From Macrostomum lignano (lineage: Eukaryota), in the NCBI GenBank assembly GCA_002269645.1, contig NIVC01004482.1:1-44553 (forward strand): a stretch of 44,553 nt of DNA, written 5' to 3'. Under the pieces are notes generated by a model, which was not told where the DNA came from, did not search any database, and worked only from the letters and a program-made list of their open reading frames with translations. Both the position numbers and the translations under genes were made by a program. Positions 12,373 to 23,066 of the stretch are shown here, piece by piece. How positions within the stretch are numbered: position 1 is the first letter of the stretch; each line of letters starts with the position of its first letter.

Positions 12373-13233
12373 ATCATCTGTCTGGCACTGTGCGACGGCT
12401 TGCCAAATCGACTGCTCGCCTGCGCTTCGAACGGCGTCGTGTCGCTTCACGACGCTCGAAGCGGCCGCCGCCTGGCCCAGTGGCGTCTGCCGTCGGAGCT
12501 TAGCGCAGCCCGGGCCAGCCACGGCCGGCTTTACCTGGGCCTGGCCGGCGGCCGGCTGGCCACCTGCGATCTGGCGGCACCGGCGAAGCCGACTGTTTTA
12601 ACCGGCTTGCCGGCCCTGAACGACGCCGTCACGGCGGTGGAATCGATGCCGGCTGACAGTCGCGACCGTCAGCTGATCATCGGCTGCGCCAGCGGCTCCA
12701 TTAGAATGTTCGACGAGAGCACCGGTCGCGAGCTGGCCGCACTGGGCAGCCACGCGCGTCATGGCTGCGGCGCTGGTGCCGTTCTAGCGATTCGAGCCCC
12801 AGACTCCTGCTGGATCTGCAGCCTCAGCGAGTGTGCAGCGCTTGTACACAGCCGGACTGAGCGGCAGGCCGCTGCCGCCTGCTGGTCCACCCGTCGCCTC
12901 CTTGGCCCGATCGAGCCAGTCCGTCTGGCCGCGCTGGAGACGGTCAGCCGTTGGCTTCTCGTCGGCTGCTCCGACGGCTCCGTCCGCTGCTTTGCCGATT
13001 TTAATCGGCGCTCTAACTCTGAATTGGCGGCAACAATTCTGATTGGCTCGCGTCATCGGCCAATCACCTCGCTGGCCGTCTGCCAGGACAGTCGGCTGGC
13101 CTGCGGCGACGCAGCTGGACAAGTCGAACTTCGCCACCTGCCGGCAGCTGCCTGCGACGACGACTACGACGACGATGACGATGAAGACACTCCGACGAGG
13201 ACGACCCCGACGCTGCCACCGATTGCTTTCTGA
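9568..13233 (+). CDS. ZNF106: ZNF106-like protein (N-terminal U1/matrin-type C2H2 finger, poly-Pro, coiled coil, C-terminal WD40 repeats), about 1045 aa; exons 9568-10836, 10943-10994, 11417-13233
   Basis: Finger CFVC..YVEHIQSAAH. Donor GAAGAG|GTAC (phase 0). A 52-nt exon ttgcAG|...GAGAG|GTGAGT encodes LQQKRLEILQRRVDVLR and continues the coiled coil. Acceptor tttcAG|11417 (phase 1). Total 3138 nt in frame, with AATAAA just after the stop. The ZNF106 label rests on domain architecture only. Confidence 0.72.
11031..11345. mobile_element. MITE of the CAAGG family in intron 2 of the ZNF106-like gene
   Basis: About 33-bp imperfect TIR (aaggactgctcaatttggacgggaaactacgtt vs reverse complement aaggactactcaagaaggacaggaaactacgtt). 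Internal 11180-11300 resembles the right arm of 13524-14131. Confidence 0.65.
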
Positions 13234-13523
13234 TTCAGAGAGAGAGAGAGAATAAAAACACGCGCGTCGAGCTACTTTAAGTAGAAAAATAAGATAAAGA
13301 TACCGATGGTCGTTTAACAGACCCATCAATAATTGGGGGGGTAAAATCAAGTCAGCTTGGTTGCTTGACCTGTCTGTTTTATATCGTATCGTGAATGGCT
13401 TAGATGCAGTTGTTCTCTATGGAGGTTACTCATGAGTTCGATTGTTATGAAGTTGTTTCTTTAATCTTACTCGTAGTTTTATCTTATCGGCAATTTCTTA
13501 CTCTCCGAGCTACACGTTCAAGC

Positions 13524-14131
13524 CAAGGACAACTAAAGCAACGTATAGACAGGACGCGACACTCACGTTTCATGGAAAAAGTTTTGAAGGCCACTTTTCG
13601 CTGAAAATACACTACGGAGATTGGAAGTTTTCATTTTTTCAGCACAAAAATTGTTATTGCTTTCGAAAGGAGGCAGACCCAATGTTCATCTTTTGATATG
13701 TTGTGCCTTTCTTATTGCTCTATTGATATTCATAAAGCTTTTCGTTCAGAAAATTAGGATTCAATGTTAATTTCTTACTCTACGTACCTCATTGGTTTTA
13801 GGAGTCTATTTTGTCCTTCTACGCTGACTGTGTAACAATATGCGTAACAGTGATGATAAAATAGATTCATAGAACCAAAGATTGGAGCTGTGCCATGCAT
13901 TTTTTATGTTATTAGGTACAGGAAATGTACGTTGAATAAAAAATTTACATTTTATGTAAGAAAGGCACAGCATATCAGGGGATGAGCACTGGATCTGCCT
14001 CCTATCAAAAGCAATAACAATTTCTGTGCTGAAAAATGAAAACTTCCTATTTCCGTAGTGTATTTTTCGACGAAAAGTGGCCTTTTTCCATAGATTTCGG
14101 GTGTTGCGTCCTTCTACTTTAGTAGTCCTTG
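13524..14131. mobile_element. hAT-type MITE with long (about 190 bp) imperfect inverted arms
   Basis: Termini CAAGGAC.ACTAAAG / CTTTAGTAGTCCTTG. Perfect 8-bp TSD GTTCAAGC at 13516-13523 and 14132-14139. Region 13580-13715 is the reverse complement of about 13955-14095. Confidence 0.85.
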
Positions 14132-14315
14132 GTTCAAGCACGTGCGCTGCTTTGAAGTTCTATTGAAGATGATTCAATCTTTCGTGAATGCTTTGGAAAT
14201 CTGATCAGGGCCATGAAATGAAGGCTGAGATTTCGTGTAATCACATAGAAAGTACGCACCATTGTGAATCTCATGGCGAATTCCTCCCTGAATTTCGACT
14301 CATACGAGTAACGTA

Positions 14316-14776
14316 CGAGGGGTGTCCCAGAGGTGGTGTCACTTTTGCTTGCTTCCCTGAAATTCACGAAAACCTGACCCGCATTCACGGTCCCGATTCC
14401 ATCAGTCAACGAACAGTTTACAGGTGGATCGAACAGTTCGAGGCTGGCTGTAGATATCAAAGACCAACCACCTTTGGGTAAGTTGGCAAAACATACTGCC
14501 GGCCAGCCTCGAACTGCTGTCTTGCAACTCTGTGCTTGATGGGCTGTACTTGTGGCCTTCTGAGTGAGCATAGAAGCACTATGCGGTGTATATTTCTATG
14601 CTAAGGGTATGCGAACAAATGCATGCTGCTTACAGCAGGAAGCACTTATAAAAATCGGACTTTCGTGGCATGAAAGCTAAAATAAGCCGCTAACTTTTAA
14701 GGCACATGATTTTTTCGACACACATTAATACTTGTGGAAGCAAGCAAAAGTGACACTACTTCTGGGACACCCCTCG
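14316..14776 (+). mobile_element. Internally deleted mariner element retaining a transposase HTH fragment
   Basis: About 41-bp TIR CGAGGGGTGTCCCAGA.GT.GTGTCACTTTTGCTTGCTTCC (2 mismatches) flanked by TA on both sides. Encodes EIHENLTRIHGPDSISQRTVYRWIEQFEAG, a mariner HTH-like sequence. Confidence 0.9.
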
Positions 14777-15369
14777 TACATATGCACTTCTTTTTTACAC
14801 ACAAGATATTCCTTTAATCTTCCTCTTAGCTGAAACAATAGAACGATTTTGTTAATATTAATTCTTTTTGTTTAAAAGTGCTGGTTGCTCAAACAGTTTT
14901 TTTCTGAATAGCCATACAATCTTCCCAAACTGTTAATCCACAATACTTTTTCTAGAATTAGCAACATACCATGCGATCCGACTTCCTTATTAGTTTAATG
15001 GAAGCCGCAGCTGCGTGAAAACTGCTGACGCGATGCTATTAAGCTGTTTTTACAACCGAGTTAATTTTTTATTTTTAACCCGTAGTGAACCCATGAAGAC
15101 ATGAAGACTCGTAATCTCCTGCTTTTTTAGAACTTTTTTATTGATGGAAGTTTTTTTCCTTTGACATTGTAACAACTTTCATTGCGCTGCTTTATATTAA
15201 CAAATAAATATTTTTACAGTAGAATTTTTATACTAGCTCGTAAATATTTAATATGATAAGTCAATTTAGTAGCAATTCCCATGTGGTCTGATAGAGACAA
15301 AAACATTAAAAAGTTGTCGCTAATGCTAATTCTTCCTTAAATTTTAAATTGAAGCCAAGCTTCTGGGAC

Positions 15370-15870
15370 CGTTAGTGATCAGTGATCAGGGACCAGGAAT
15401 CAGGGATCAGTGATCAGGGACCAGGAATCAGGGATCAGTGATCAGGGACCAGTAATCAGGGATCAGTGATCAGGGACCAGGAATCAGGGATCAGTGATCA
15501 GGGACCAGGAATCAGGGATCAGTGATCAGGGACCAGGAATCAGGGATCAGTGATCAGGGACCAGGAATCAGGGATCAGGGATCAGTGATCAGTGACCAGG
15601 GATCAGTGATCAGGGATCAGTGATTAGAGACCAGGGATCAGTGATTAGGGATCAGGGATCAGGGATCAGTGAGTAGAGACCAGGGATCAGTGATCAGAGA
15701 TCAGGGATCAGTGATCAGAGACCAGGGATCAGTGATCAGGGGTCAGGGGTCAGGGATCAGTAATCAGGGATCAGGGATCAGGGATCAGTGTTCAGGGGTC
15801 AGGGATCAGTGATCAGGGGTCAGGGATCAGTAATCAGGGATCAGTAATCAGGGATCAGTAATCAGGGATT
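15370..15870 (+). repeat. Minisatellite built from 7-bp GGGATCA/GTGATCA subunits, with a 28-bp higher-order unit at its 5' end
   Basis: Tandem units read directly. Confidence 0.95.
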
Positions 15871-16502
15871 TTATAAAAATTAAAAAAGCAAAACAAGAGA
15901 AGTCGTACAGTTTTCGAGTAAGATTAGTTGTCAGAAGGAAGAAAGACCCTGCTCAGTCCAAGAGTCAGGGATGCACTCAACAGTTAAGCAGCTAATGCCC
16001 TCAAAAGTGCAAAAGTGCGCATTTATTTCATATCCGATTGCGCAACTCTACAAGGTACACCAAGCGAGCACATAATCATTTGGTTTAAAAGCAAAAGTGC
16101 ATCAATCAATAGTAGGAAATTAAAAATCTTATATTGGAAGTCAGTTCAAAAGCATCGAACGAAATGAATAGAGGGAAATAAAAAAAGACAAAAGAATACC
16201 TTGTTCAAGCCGAAATAGATTTGACAAGAATAATGACTATAATGAGAAGAAGGCATTTCAGATGTAAAGCCACAGAGTTAAATGGAGGACTCCTGCTCAA
16301 TAAATATATTAAGACATGTATGTACCGTAAGAAACAAAGCTCATTGTTGATGATGACCAAAGCATGACCGGATTGAATACAAAAAATGGAGAGGGCTAAA
16401 GAATAAGAGTTACACCTAGCCAGAAGCAGAAATCTGGACTGTGCTGCTGCATCTCCGTCTCTGCCAGAGTCCGTACTCAGAAAAATTTCACACTGAGGCA
16501 GC

Positions 16503-16915
16503 TCAATCGGCTGTGAAACGTCTTCGCGTTGCTTTGAGCACATCGCGCAGAATCTGCTGCTGCTGCTGCTGCGATGCATTCTCCAGTTGTTGAACAGCTT
16601 CAGCATCCTGTAGCGGTGCTGGTGTCGACTGCGTCGGCTCCTGCTGCTCCCGGCAGGTGTCCAAAGACATTCTATTCATCTCGTAGACAACGAAACCGTC
16701 GTCTGTGGGGTGACTCCTAGCTGGAAACTTTGTAGCCGTAGCTTCTCCATCCCTGCTGCCGCTGTTGCTGCCCGCAGCCTCCGCCTGGCCAGCTGGCTCC
16801 ACCTGGATTGGCCGCTTCCTACCGCCAACCAGATAGGGGAAGGAGGCGGGGAATAGGTGCAGCAGCCGGGGATCGATAGCCAGGTCGGGCCTCAGTAAGC
16901 CAGCCAGTTTGAGTT
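16503..16915 (-). CDS. Orphan GC-rich coding-like segment with poly-Gln; parent gene unidentified
   Basis: Open frame of about 135 codons with exon-like composition. No convincing acceptor or partner exons found. Confidence 0.35.
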
Positions 16916-17099
16916 TTAAATTGGACTCAAACAATACAGAACCAACACAAATGTACATCACTGAATTTATGACGAGATTATTCAAAAATATGAAATTATT
17001 AGGCGAGATTAGCGGAGACAGAGTGGGGAGAAACGAATAGATTGAAAAGTACAGGATGAGAGGATAGAGTTGAGTAAAAGAAGATAGGGAGATATACTC

Positions 17100-18310
17100 G
17101 TATGAGTAGGAAGAGAGGTGGAGAGCGAAGGAAGGAAAAAATGGGGGAGAGAGCGAGGGCAGGAAAGAATAGGGAGTTGAGGGAAGGAAAGAAAAGGGGT
17201 GAGGGAAGGAAAGAACAGGGGGTGAGAGAAGGAACGAATAGGGGTGAGGGAAGGAAAGAACAGGGGGTGAGGGAAGGAAAGAATAGGGGTGGGGGAAGGA
17301 AAGAACAGGGGGTGAAGGAAGGAAAGAATAGGGGTGGGGGAAGGAAAGAACAGGGAGTGAGGGAAGGAAAGAACAGGGGGTGAGGGAAGGAACGAATAGG
17401 GGTGAGGGAAGGAAAGAACAGGGGGTGAGGGAAGGAAAGAACAGGGGGTGAGGGAAGGAAAGAACAGGGGGTGAGGGAAGGAACGAATAGGGGTGAGGGA
17501 AGGAAAGAACAGGGGGTGAGGGAAGGAAAGAACAGGGGGTGAGGGAAGGAAAGAACAGGGGGTGAGAGAAGGAACGAATAGGGGTGAAGGAAGGAAAGAA
17601 CAGGGGGTGAGGGAAGGAAAGAACAGGGGGTGAGGGAAGGAAAGAACAGGGGGTGAGGGAAGGAAAGAACAGGGGGTGAGAGAAGGAACGAATAGGGGTG
17701 AAGGAAGGAAAGAACAGGGGATGAGGGAAGGAAAGAATAGGGGTGGGGGAAGGAAAGAACAGGGGGTGAGGGAAGGAAAGATCAAGGGGGTGAGGGAAGG
17801 AAAGAACAGAGGGTGAGGGAAGGAAAGAACAGGGGGTGAGGGAAGGAAAGAACAGGGGTGAGGGAAGGAAAGAATAGGGGTGGGGAAAGAAAGAATAGGG
17901 GTGAGGGAAGGAAAGAACAGGGGGTGAGGGAAGGAAAGAACAGGGGGTGAGGGAACGAAAGAACAGGGGGTGAGGGAAGGAAAGAACAGGGGGTGGGGGA
18001 AGGAAAGAACAGGAGGTGAGGGAAGGTAAGAACAGGGGGTGAGGGAAGGAAAGAACAGGAGGTGAGGGAAGGAAAGAACAGGGGGTGAGGGAAGGAAAGA
18101 ACAGGGGTGAGGGAACGAAAGAACAGGGGTGAGGGAAGGAAAGAACAGGGGGTGGGGAAGGAAAGAACAGGAGGTGAGGGAAGGTAAGAACAGGGGGTGA
18201 GGGAAGGAAAGAACAGGAGGTGAGGGAAGGAAAGAACAGGGGGTGAGGGAAGGAAAGAACAGGGGGTGAGGGAAGGAAAGATCAAGGGGGTGAGGGAACA
18301 GGGAAGGAGA
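17100..18310 (+). repeat. 22-23-bp polypurine minisatellite (AGGGGGTGAGGGAAGGAAAGAAC), about 50 copies
   Basis: Tandem units read directly; nearly all purine on the + strand. Confidence 0.97.
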
Positions 18311-19029
18311 GAAGTAAAGGCTCAAGAATGGCGGAAAGACAAGCAAATGTCCCTAACAGCCCACGCAGGCAAACGCTAAGACCATTAGTGTTCTCTAAAA
18401 GCGGCACATGTAAAATGTGGATTTTTAGATAAAAATCATAAGCATTACGACTGCAATTAAGACCTTAAGATTTTTTTAGTAACACAAACTCGATCTCTGA
18501 AAATAGTAAAAGTCTGCCTTTAAAAAATGAAAGCCAAAGCATTAGAATCATTCCAACACAAAGTCATTACGAAAACTCTGACGAACACTCGTAAGTGCTA
18601 TATTTTTATTTCTAACATTTTTTTATAACCTACTGATTCGAAACGTGAGAGTTGATACAAAAATAAAATTTGCTAAGAGCTAGATTACTTTAAAGCTAGA
18701 GACAATCGATTTACAACATATTCTAGGTTAATATTACTGATTTTATTGGAATTACGAATAATTACTCTAGAAAACCAACAGAGAGAAATCCAATTAAATC
18801 GATATTCTGCCGATAAGCAACCACATTTTACGAGGGGTGTACCTCGTACAGGTGCTATTTTAAGCAACAAAAATAGACTAGACTAACAACAGCAACATAG
18901 TAATTGACAATACAACGAATGATTAATCTATGAAACTAGCATAGAGGCATCAGTTGTGTTGTTTGAAACCATTAAAATAGCTGTACAAACTACTGGGCTT
19001 TTATTAATGCCATTTTTGTTGAGCAGAGA

Positions 19030-19810
19030 AGATCAGCTTATAGTTGCTTCACAACCCTCAAGCTTTACAATCCTCAAGCTTTACAATCCTCAAGCTTTAC
19101 AATCCTCAAGCTTTACAATCCTCAAGCTTCACAATCCTCAAGCTTTACAATCCTCAAGCTTTACAATCCTCAAGCTTAACAATCCTCAAGCTTCACAATC
19201 CTCAAGCTTTACAATCCTTAAGCTTTACAATCCTCAAGCTTAACAATCCTCAAGCTTCACAATCCTCAAGCTTTACAATCCTCAAGCTTTACAATCCTCA
19301 AGCTTTACAATCCTCAAGCTTCACAATCCTCAAGCTTTACAATCCTCAAGCTTTACAATCCTTAAGCTTTACAATCCTCAAGCTTAACAATCCTCAAGCT
19401 TCACAATCCTCAAGCTTAACAATCCTCAAGCTTTACAATCCTCAAGCTTTACAATCCTCAAGCTTAACAATCCTCAAGCTTCACAATCCTCAAGCTTTAC
19501 AATCCTCAAGCTTTACAATCCTCAAGCTTAACAATCCTCAAGCTTTACAATCCTCAAGCTTAACAATCCTCAAGCTTTACAATCCTCAAGCTTTACAATC
19601 CTCAAGCTTAACAATCCTCAAGCTTTACAATCCTCAAGCTTAACAATCCTCAAGCTTTACAATCCCAAGCTTCACAACCCTTAAGCTTCACAATTCCCAA
19701 GCTTCACAATCCCCAAGCTTCACAACCCTTAAGCTTCACAACTCCTAAGCTTCATAATCCCAAAGCTTCACAATACCTAAGCTTCACAAAACCTAAACTT
19801 TACAATCAAT
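19030..19810 (+). repeat. 16-bp minisatellite AAGCTT(T/C/A)ACAATCCTC, about 45 copies
   Basis: Tandem units read directly; each unit carries AAGCTT. Confidence 0.97.
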
Positions 19811-19915
19811 AAACATCATAAGCCAATACTATCAAATTTTACAAACCAAATATTATAAGGTTAAAAATAATACTAGTGCCCACATTGCCGATATAACTAA
19901 TGTGCATTGTGCAAC

Positions 19916-22900
19916 TCAAGCAGCAGCGCCTTTATCATAATCGTCGCCATCAACGGGCAAGTAGTTGCCACCGTCTTCAGCCTCGTGCGGCCGCTCGTCC
20001 ATCGGAATCGCGTCCGGATCGTTGGCATCCTCAACGGACAGCACCTGACGGCTGAGCAGCCGAGGCGCCAGCAGGGAGATGAGCAGTGCGCCAAGCGGCG
20101 CGGTTAAAACAATGGCTAGCACAGACACCGTTAGTATCTGGGCGCCCATGGCCTGCGCCTCGGGCCCGGCGCCGGTTCTGTAAAAGCAAATATCTAACTG
20201 GTTTGGTTGGGCGTTACTAACCCTCTCCGGGTTTTTGTTGGGCGCTACTAACCCTCTCCTGGTCTTTGTTGGGCGCTACTAACCCTCTCCTGGTCTTTGT
20301 TGGGCGCTACTAACCCTCTCCTGCTGGTCTTTGTTGGGCGCTACTAACCCTCTCCTGGTCTTTGTTGGGCGCTACTAACCCTCTCCTGGTCTTTGTTGGG
20401 CGCTACTAACCCTCTCCTGGTCTTTGTTGGGCGCTACTAATCCTCTCCTGGTCTTTGCTGGGCGCTACTAACCCTCTCCGGTCTTTGTCGGGCGTTACTA
20501 ACCCTCTCCTGGTCTTTGTTGGGCGCTGCTAATCCTCTCCCGGTCTTTGTTGGATGCTATTGTACTAACCCTCCCCGGGTCTTTGTTGGGCGCAGCGCTC
20601 TTATGTTCCAGCCAGCGGCCCAGACTCGATTCCAAGTGCAGTCACATTCATTTTGGGGCTAAATTGGAATCTCGGCCTGGCTCTGCTCGTGCAATTAACG
20701 GCCTTAAGGGCCAACCCCCAAGGCACAGTGAAGTGTGCATGCCTAACGATAAATAAAGTCAGGGCCGCTGTGCACTCCTGTGTGAGTGTGTGCCTGTGCG
20801 TATGACTGCGTACGTATCTGCGCGCTTGTGTGCCTGCTCAGGGGAGTCGGCAGAATGGGCAGCAATGCCTCTCGCCGGTTGTGTGACAATGTCGCTTTAA
20901 AGTGCGCTAGGATGCACACAGCCCCCCTGCTTCTAATAAAAAAATCAACCCTCCCTTGGCGTTTGTGTCGCCTCCTGCCCTCGACCAGCTCCATACGCAC
21001 CTGTAGGCGGTATCCAACACGGCAGGCCCAATAGCAGCCTGCACCGTGGCTTTGGGCAACCAGGCGAATGGGATGAAGAATCGCTCGCGCACGGTGAAAC
21101 CGGCCCCGGTCACCGCGATAAACGAGGCAACCATGCGGAGCAGCAGCCCGATGCCCAGAGCGGCCAAGCTGAGCCCGATTGCGTCTGCCTGCAGGCTGCC
21201 AACGTCAACTTCGACGCCGATCAGACCGAATAACATTGGCTGGGCGATCCACCAGCAGACGTCCACCTAGTGACAAGAATTAAAGTGCACAGTGATTGTT
21301 TCTGGAGAGGAAAAGCTCAAAGAGGGGTAGCGGAGTCCCATCAAATGACCTGGGAGGATCAGGTAGCGGTGCGGAGTCCCATCAAATGACCTGGGAGGAT
21401 CAGGTAGCGGTGCGGAGTCCCATCAAATGACCTGGGAGGATCAGGTAGCGGTGCGGAGTCCCATCAAATGACCTGGGAGGATCAGGTAGCGGTGCGGAGT
21501 CCCATCAAATGATCTGGGAGGATCAGGTAGCGGTGCGGAGTCACATCAAATGACCTGGGAGGATCAGGTAGCGGTGCGGAGTCCCATCAAATGATCTGGG
21601 AGGATCAGGTAGCGGTGCGGAGTCCCATCAAATGACCTGGGAGGATCAGGTAGCGGTGCGGAGTCCCATCAAATGACCTGGGAGGATCAGGTAGCGGTGC
21701 GGAGTCCCATCAAATGATCTGGGAGGATCAGGTAGCGGTGCGGAGTCACATCAAATGATCTGGGAGGATCAGGTAGCGGTGCGGAGTCCCATCAAATGAC
21801 CTGGGAGGATCAGGTAGCGGTGCGGAGTCACATCGAAGCGACGCAGCAACCAGCCTAAGGTCCTTCAAGGGTATTTTTGCAACGCACCGGTGCTAGCAGC
21901 GGGTTTTTATCGTCAGTCCAACCGTCGCGAGATCGCCAGCCGATGGCGGCCACAAAAGCGGCAGTCAGGCAGGCCAGAGCGCCGGCGCCGGGCAGTTTGA
22001 GCACAACGGAGCCAAGCAGGGGTGCGAGGCCGCAGGCCACCAGAAAGCAGAATCGATAGAACACGAAGCGGCGATGACCGGCCGGCGGCAGGAACCAAAG
22101 CAGCAGGCCCAGGACGATGCCAACAACAACGCCTAGTAGGGCTTCGAGCGGTCCGCGGGCGATGGTCAGGGCGAGGCTCTCGCCGCTGCCAAACACGATG
22201 CTGAGCAGGACGCCGAATCCGGTGATTGCCAGCACATCGTCGACGCTAGCGGCAGCAATCACCAGCGTTGGAATTCCTTTAGCAACTCCGTAGCCCTCCG
22301 AACTGATAGCCAGCATAGATGGCACAACAACGGCTGGAGACACGGCTGCCAGTACGAAGCCTAACAGGAATCCCCAAGCCCACGGCAGTTTGAGCAGCAG
22401 GTGAGACACGATCCCAATAGTGACAGCTTCGGTTAGGCAGGGCGCGAATGCCAACAGGCCGACGTGCAGCGACAGGGCGCGGAGTCGCTTCGGGTCGAGG
22501 CCCAGGCCGGCTCGCAGCAGGATGATGCACAGAGCCACGCTGCGCAGAGTTGACGACAGAGTCTTGTCGATGGCCAGAGCGAAATCGGACAGGAACGGGA
22601 CGCTGCGCAGGAAACAGCCGGCCAGCAGCATGCCCAGCAGTTTTGGACAGCGGGGAATCAGGCCAAACAGTTCGCCTGTTAGCATTGACAGCGCAAACAC
22701 CAGGTAGAGGCCGAACAGGCCGCCAGTGCACTTCTGCTTATTAGTAGATGGCCTGATCGAGTCAGTTTGATTTGCTGATGATATTGTCGAGTTGCTACTG
22801 TTAGTAGAGTCTGGCAGTTGCACAGTTACGCAGGTGCCAGGCACAGACAGTTCGGGAAACAAAGACCAGAGTGCGGCATACAGGAGCAACACAGCAGCTA

Positions 22901-23066
22901 GGCCAGCTAAGAGTCTGCCCGTGCGACCATGTGGCGGGCACAGCAGGTCGTGGCGCAGTCTCTGGGCTGTGCTAGGGTCATCTGGCAGCCTGTGTCTCTC
23001 TACTAGACACCATTTATAGCATGTTCTATTGCAGCATTGTGTGCAAGCATATGATGGGTCAGCCAT
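19916..23066 (-). CDS. SLC9B2: SLC9B/NHA-type Na+(K+)/H+ antiporter (CPA2), about 568 aa; exons 23066-21888, 21266-21001, 20177-19916
   Basis: Motifs IILLRAGLGLDP, GFVLAAVSPAVVVP, AASVDDVLAI, QPMLFGLIG, PKATVQAAIGP and AIVLTAPLG. All four splice sites are canonical and phase-compatible. The family is secure; the paralogue number is not. Confidence 0.93.
20205..20590 (+). repeat. 31-bp minisatellite (CTACTAACCCTCTCCTGGTCTTTGTTGGGCG) in NHA intron 2
   Basis: About 12 tandem copies. Confidence 0.95.
20590..20944 (+). mobile_element. tRNA-derived SINE, slightly 5'-truncated
   Basis: High identity by eye to 32625-32986; retains a B-box-like GACTCGATTCC and ends in TAATAAAAAAA. Confidence 0.85.
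21325..21835 (+). repeat. 41-bp minisatellite (GGAGTCCCATCAAATGACCTGGGAGGATCAGGTAGCGGTGC) in NHA intron 1
   Basis: About 12 nearly identical tandem copies with no spacers. Confidence 0.97.

Noticed and set aside
4126-13350. Antisense and alternative-frame poly-Ala/poly-Arg ORFs over the CNBP and ZNF106-like genes
   Set aside because: These are shadow ORFs of GC-rich (GGC/GCC)n coding sequence.
20205-20590. Telomere-like CTAACCCT in the 31-bp unit
   Set aside because: One motif per unit, not tandem (TTAGGG)n; likely coincidence.
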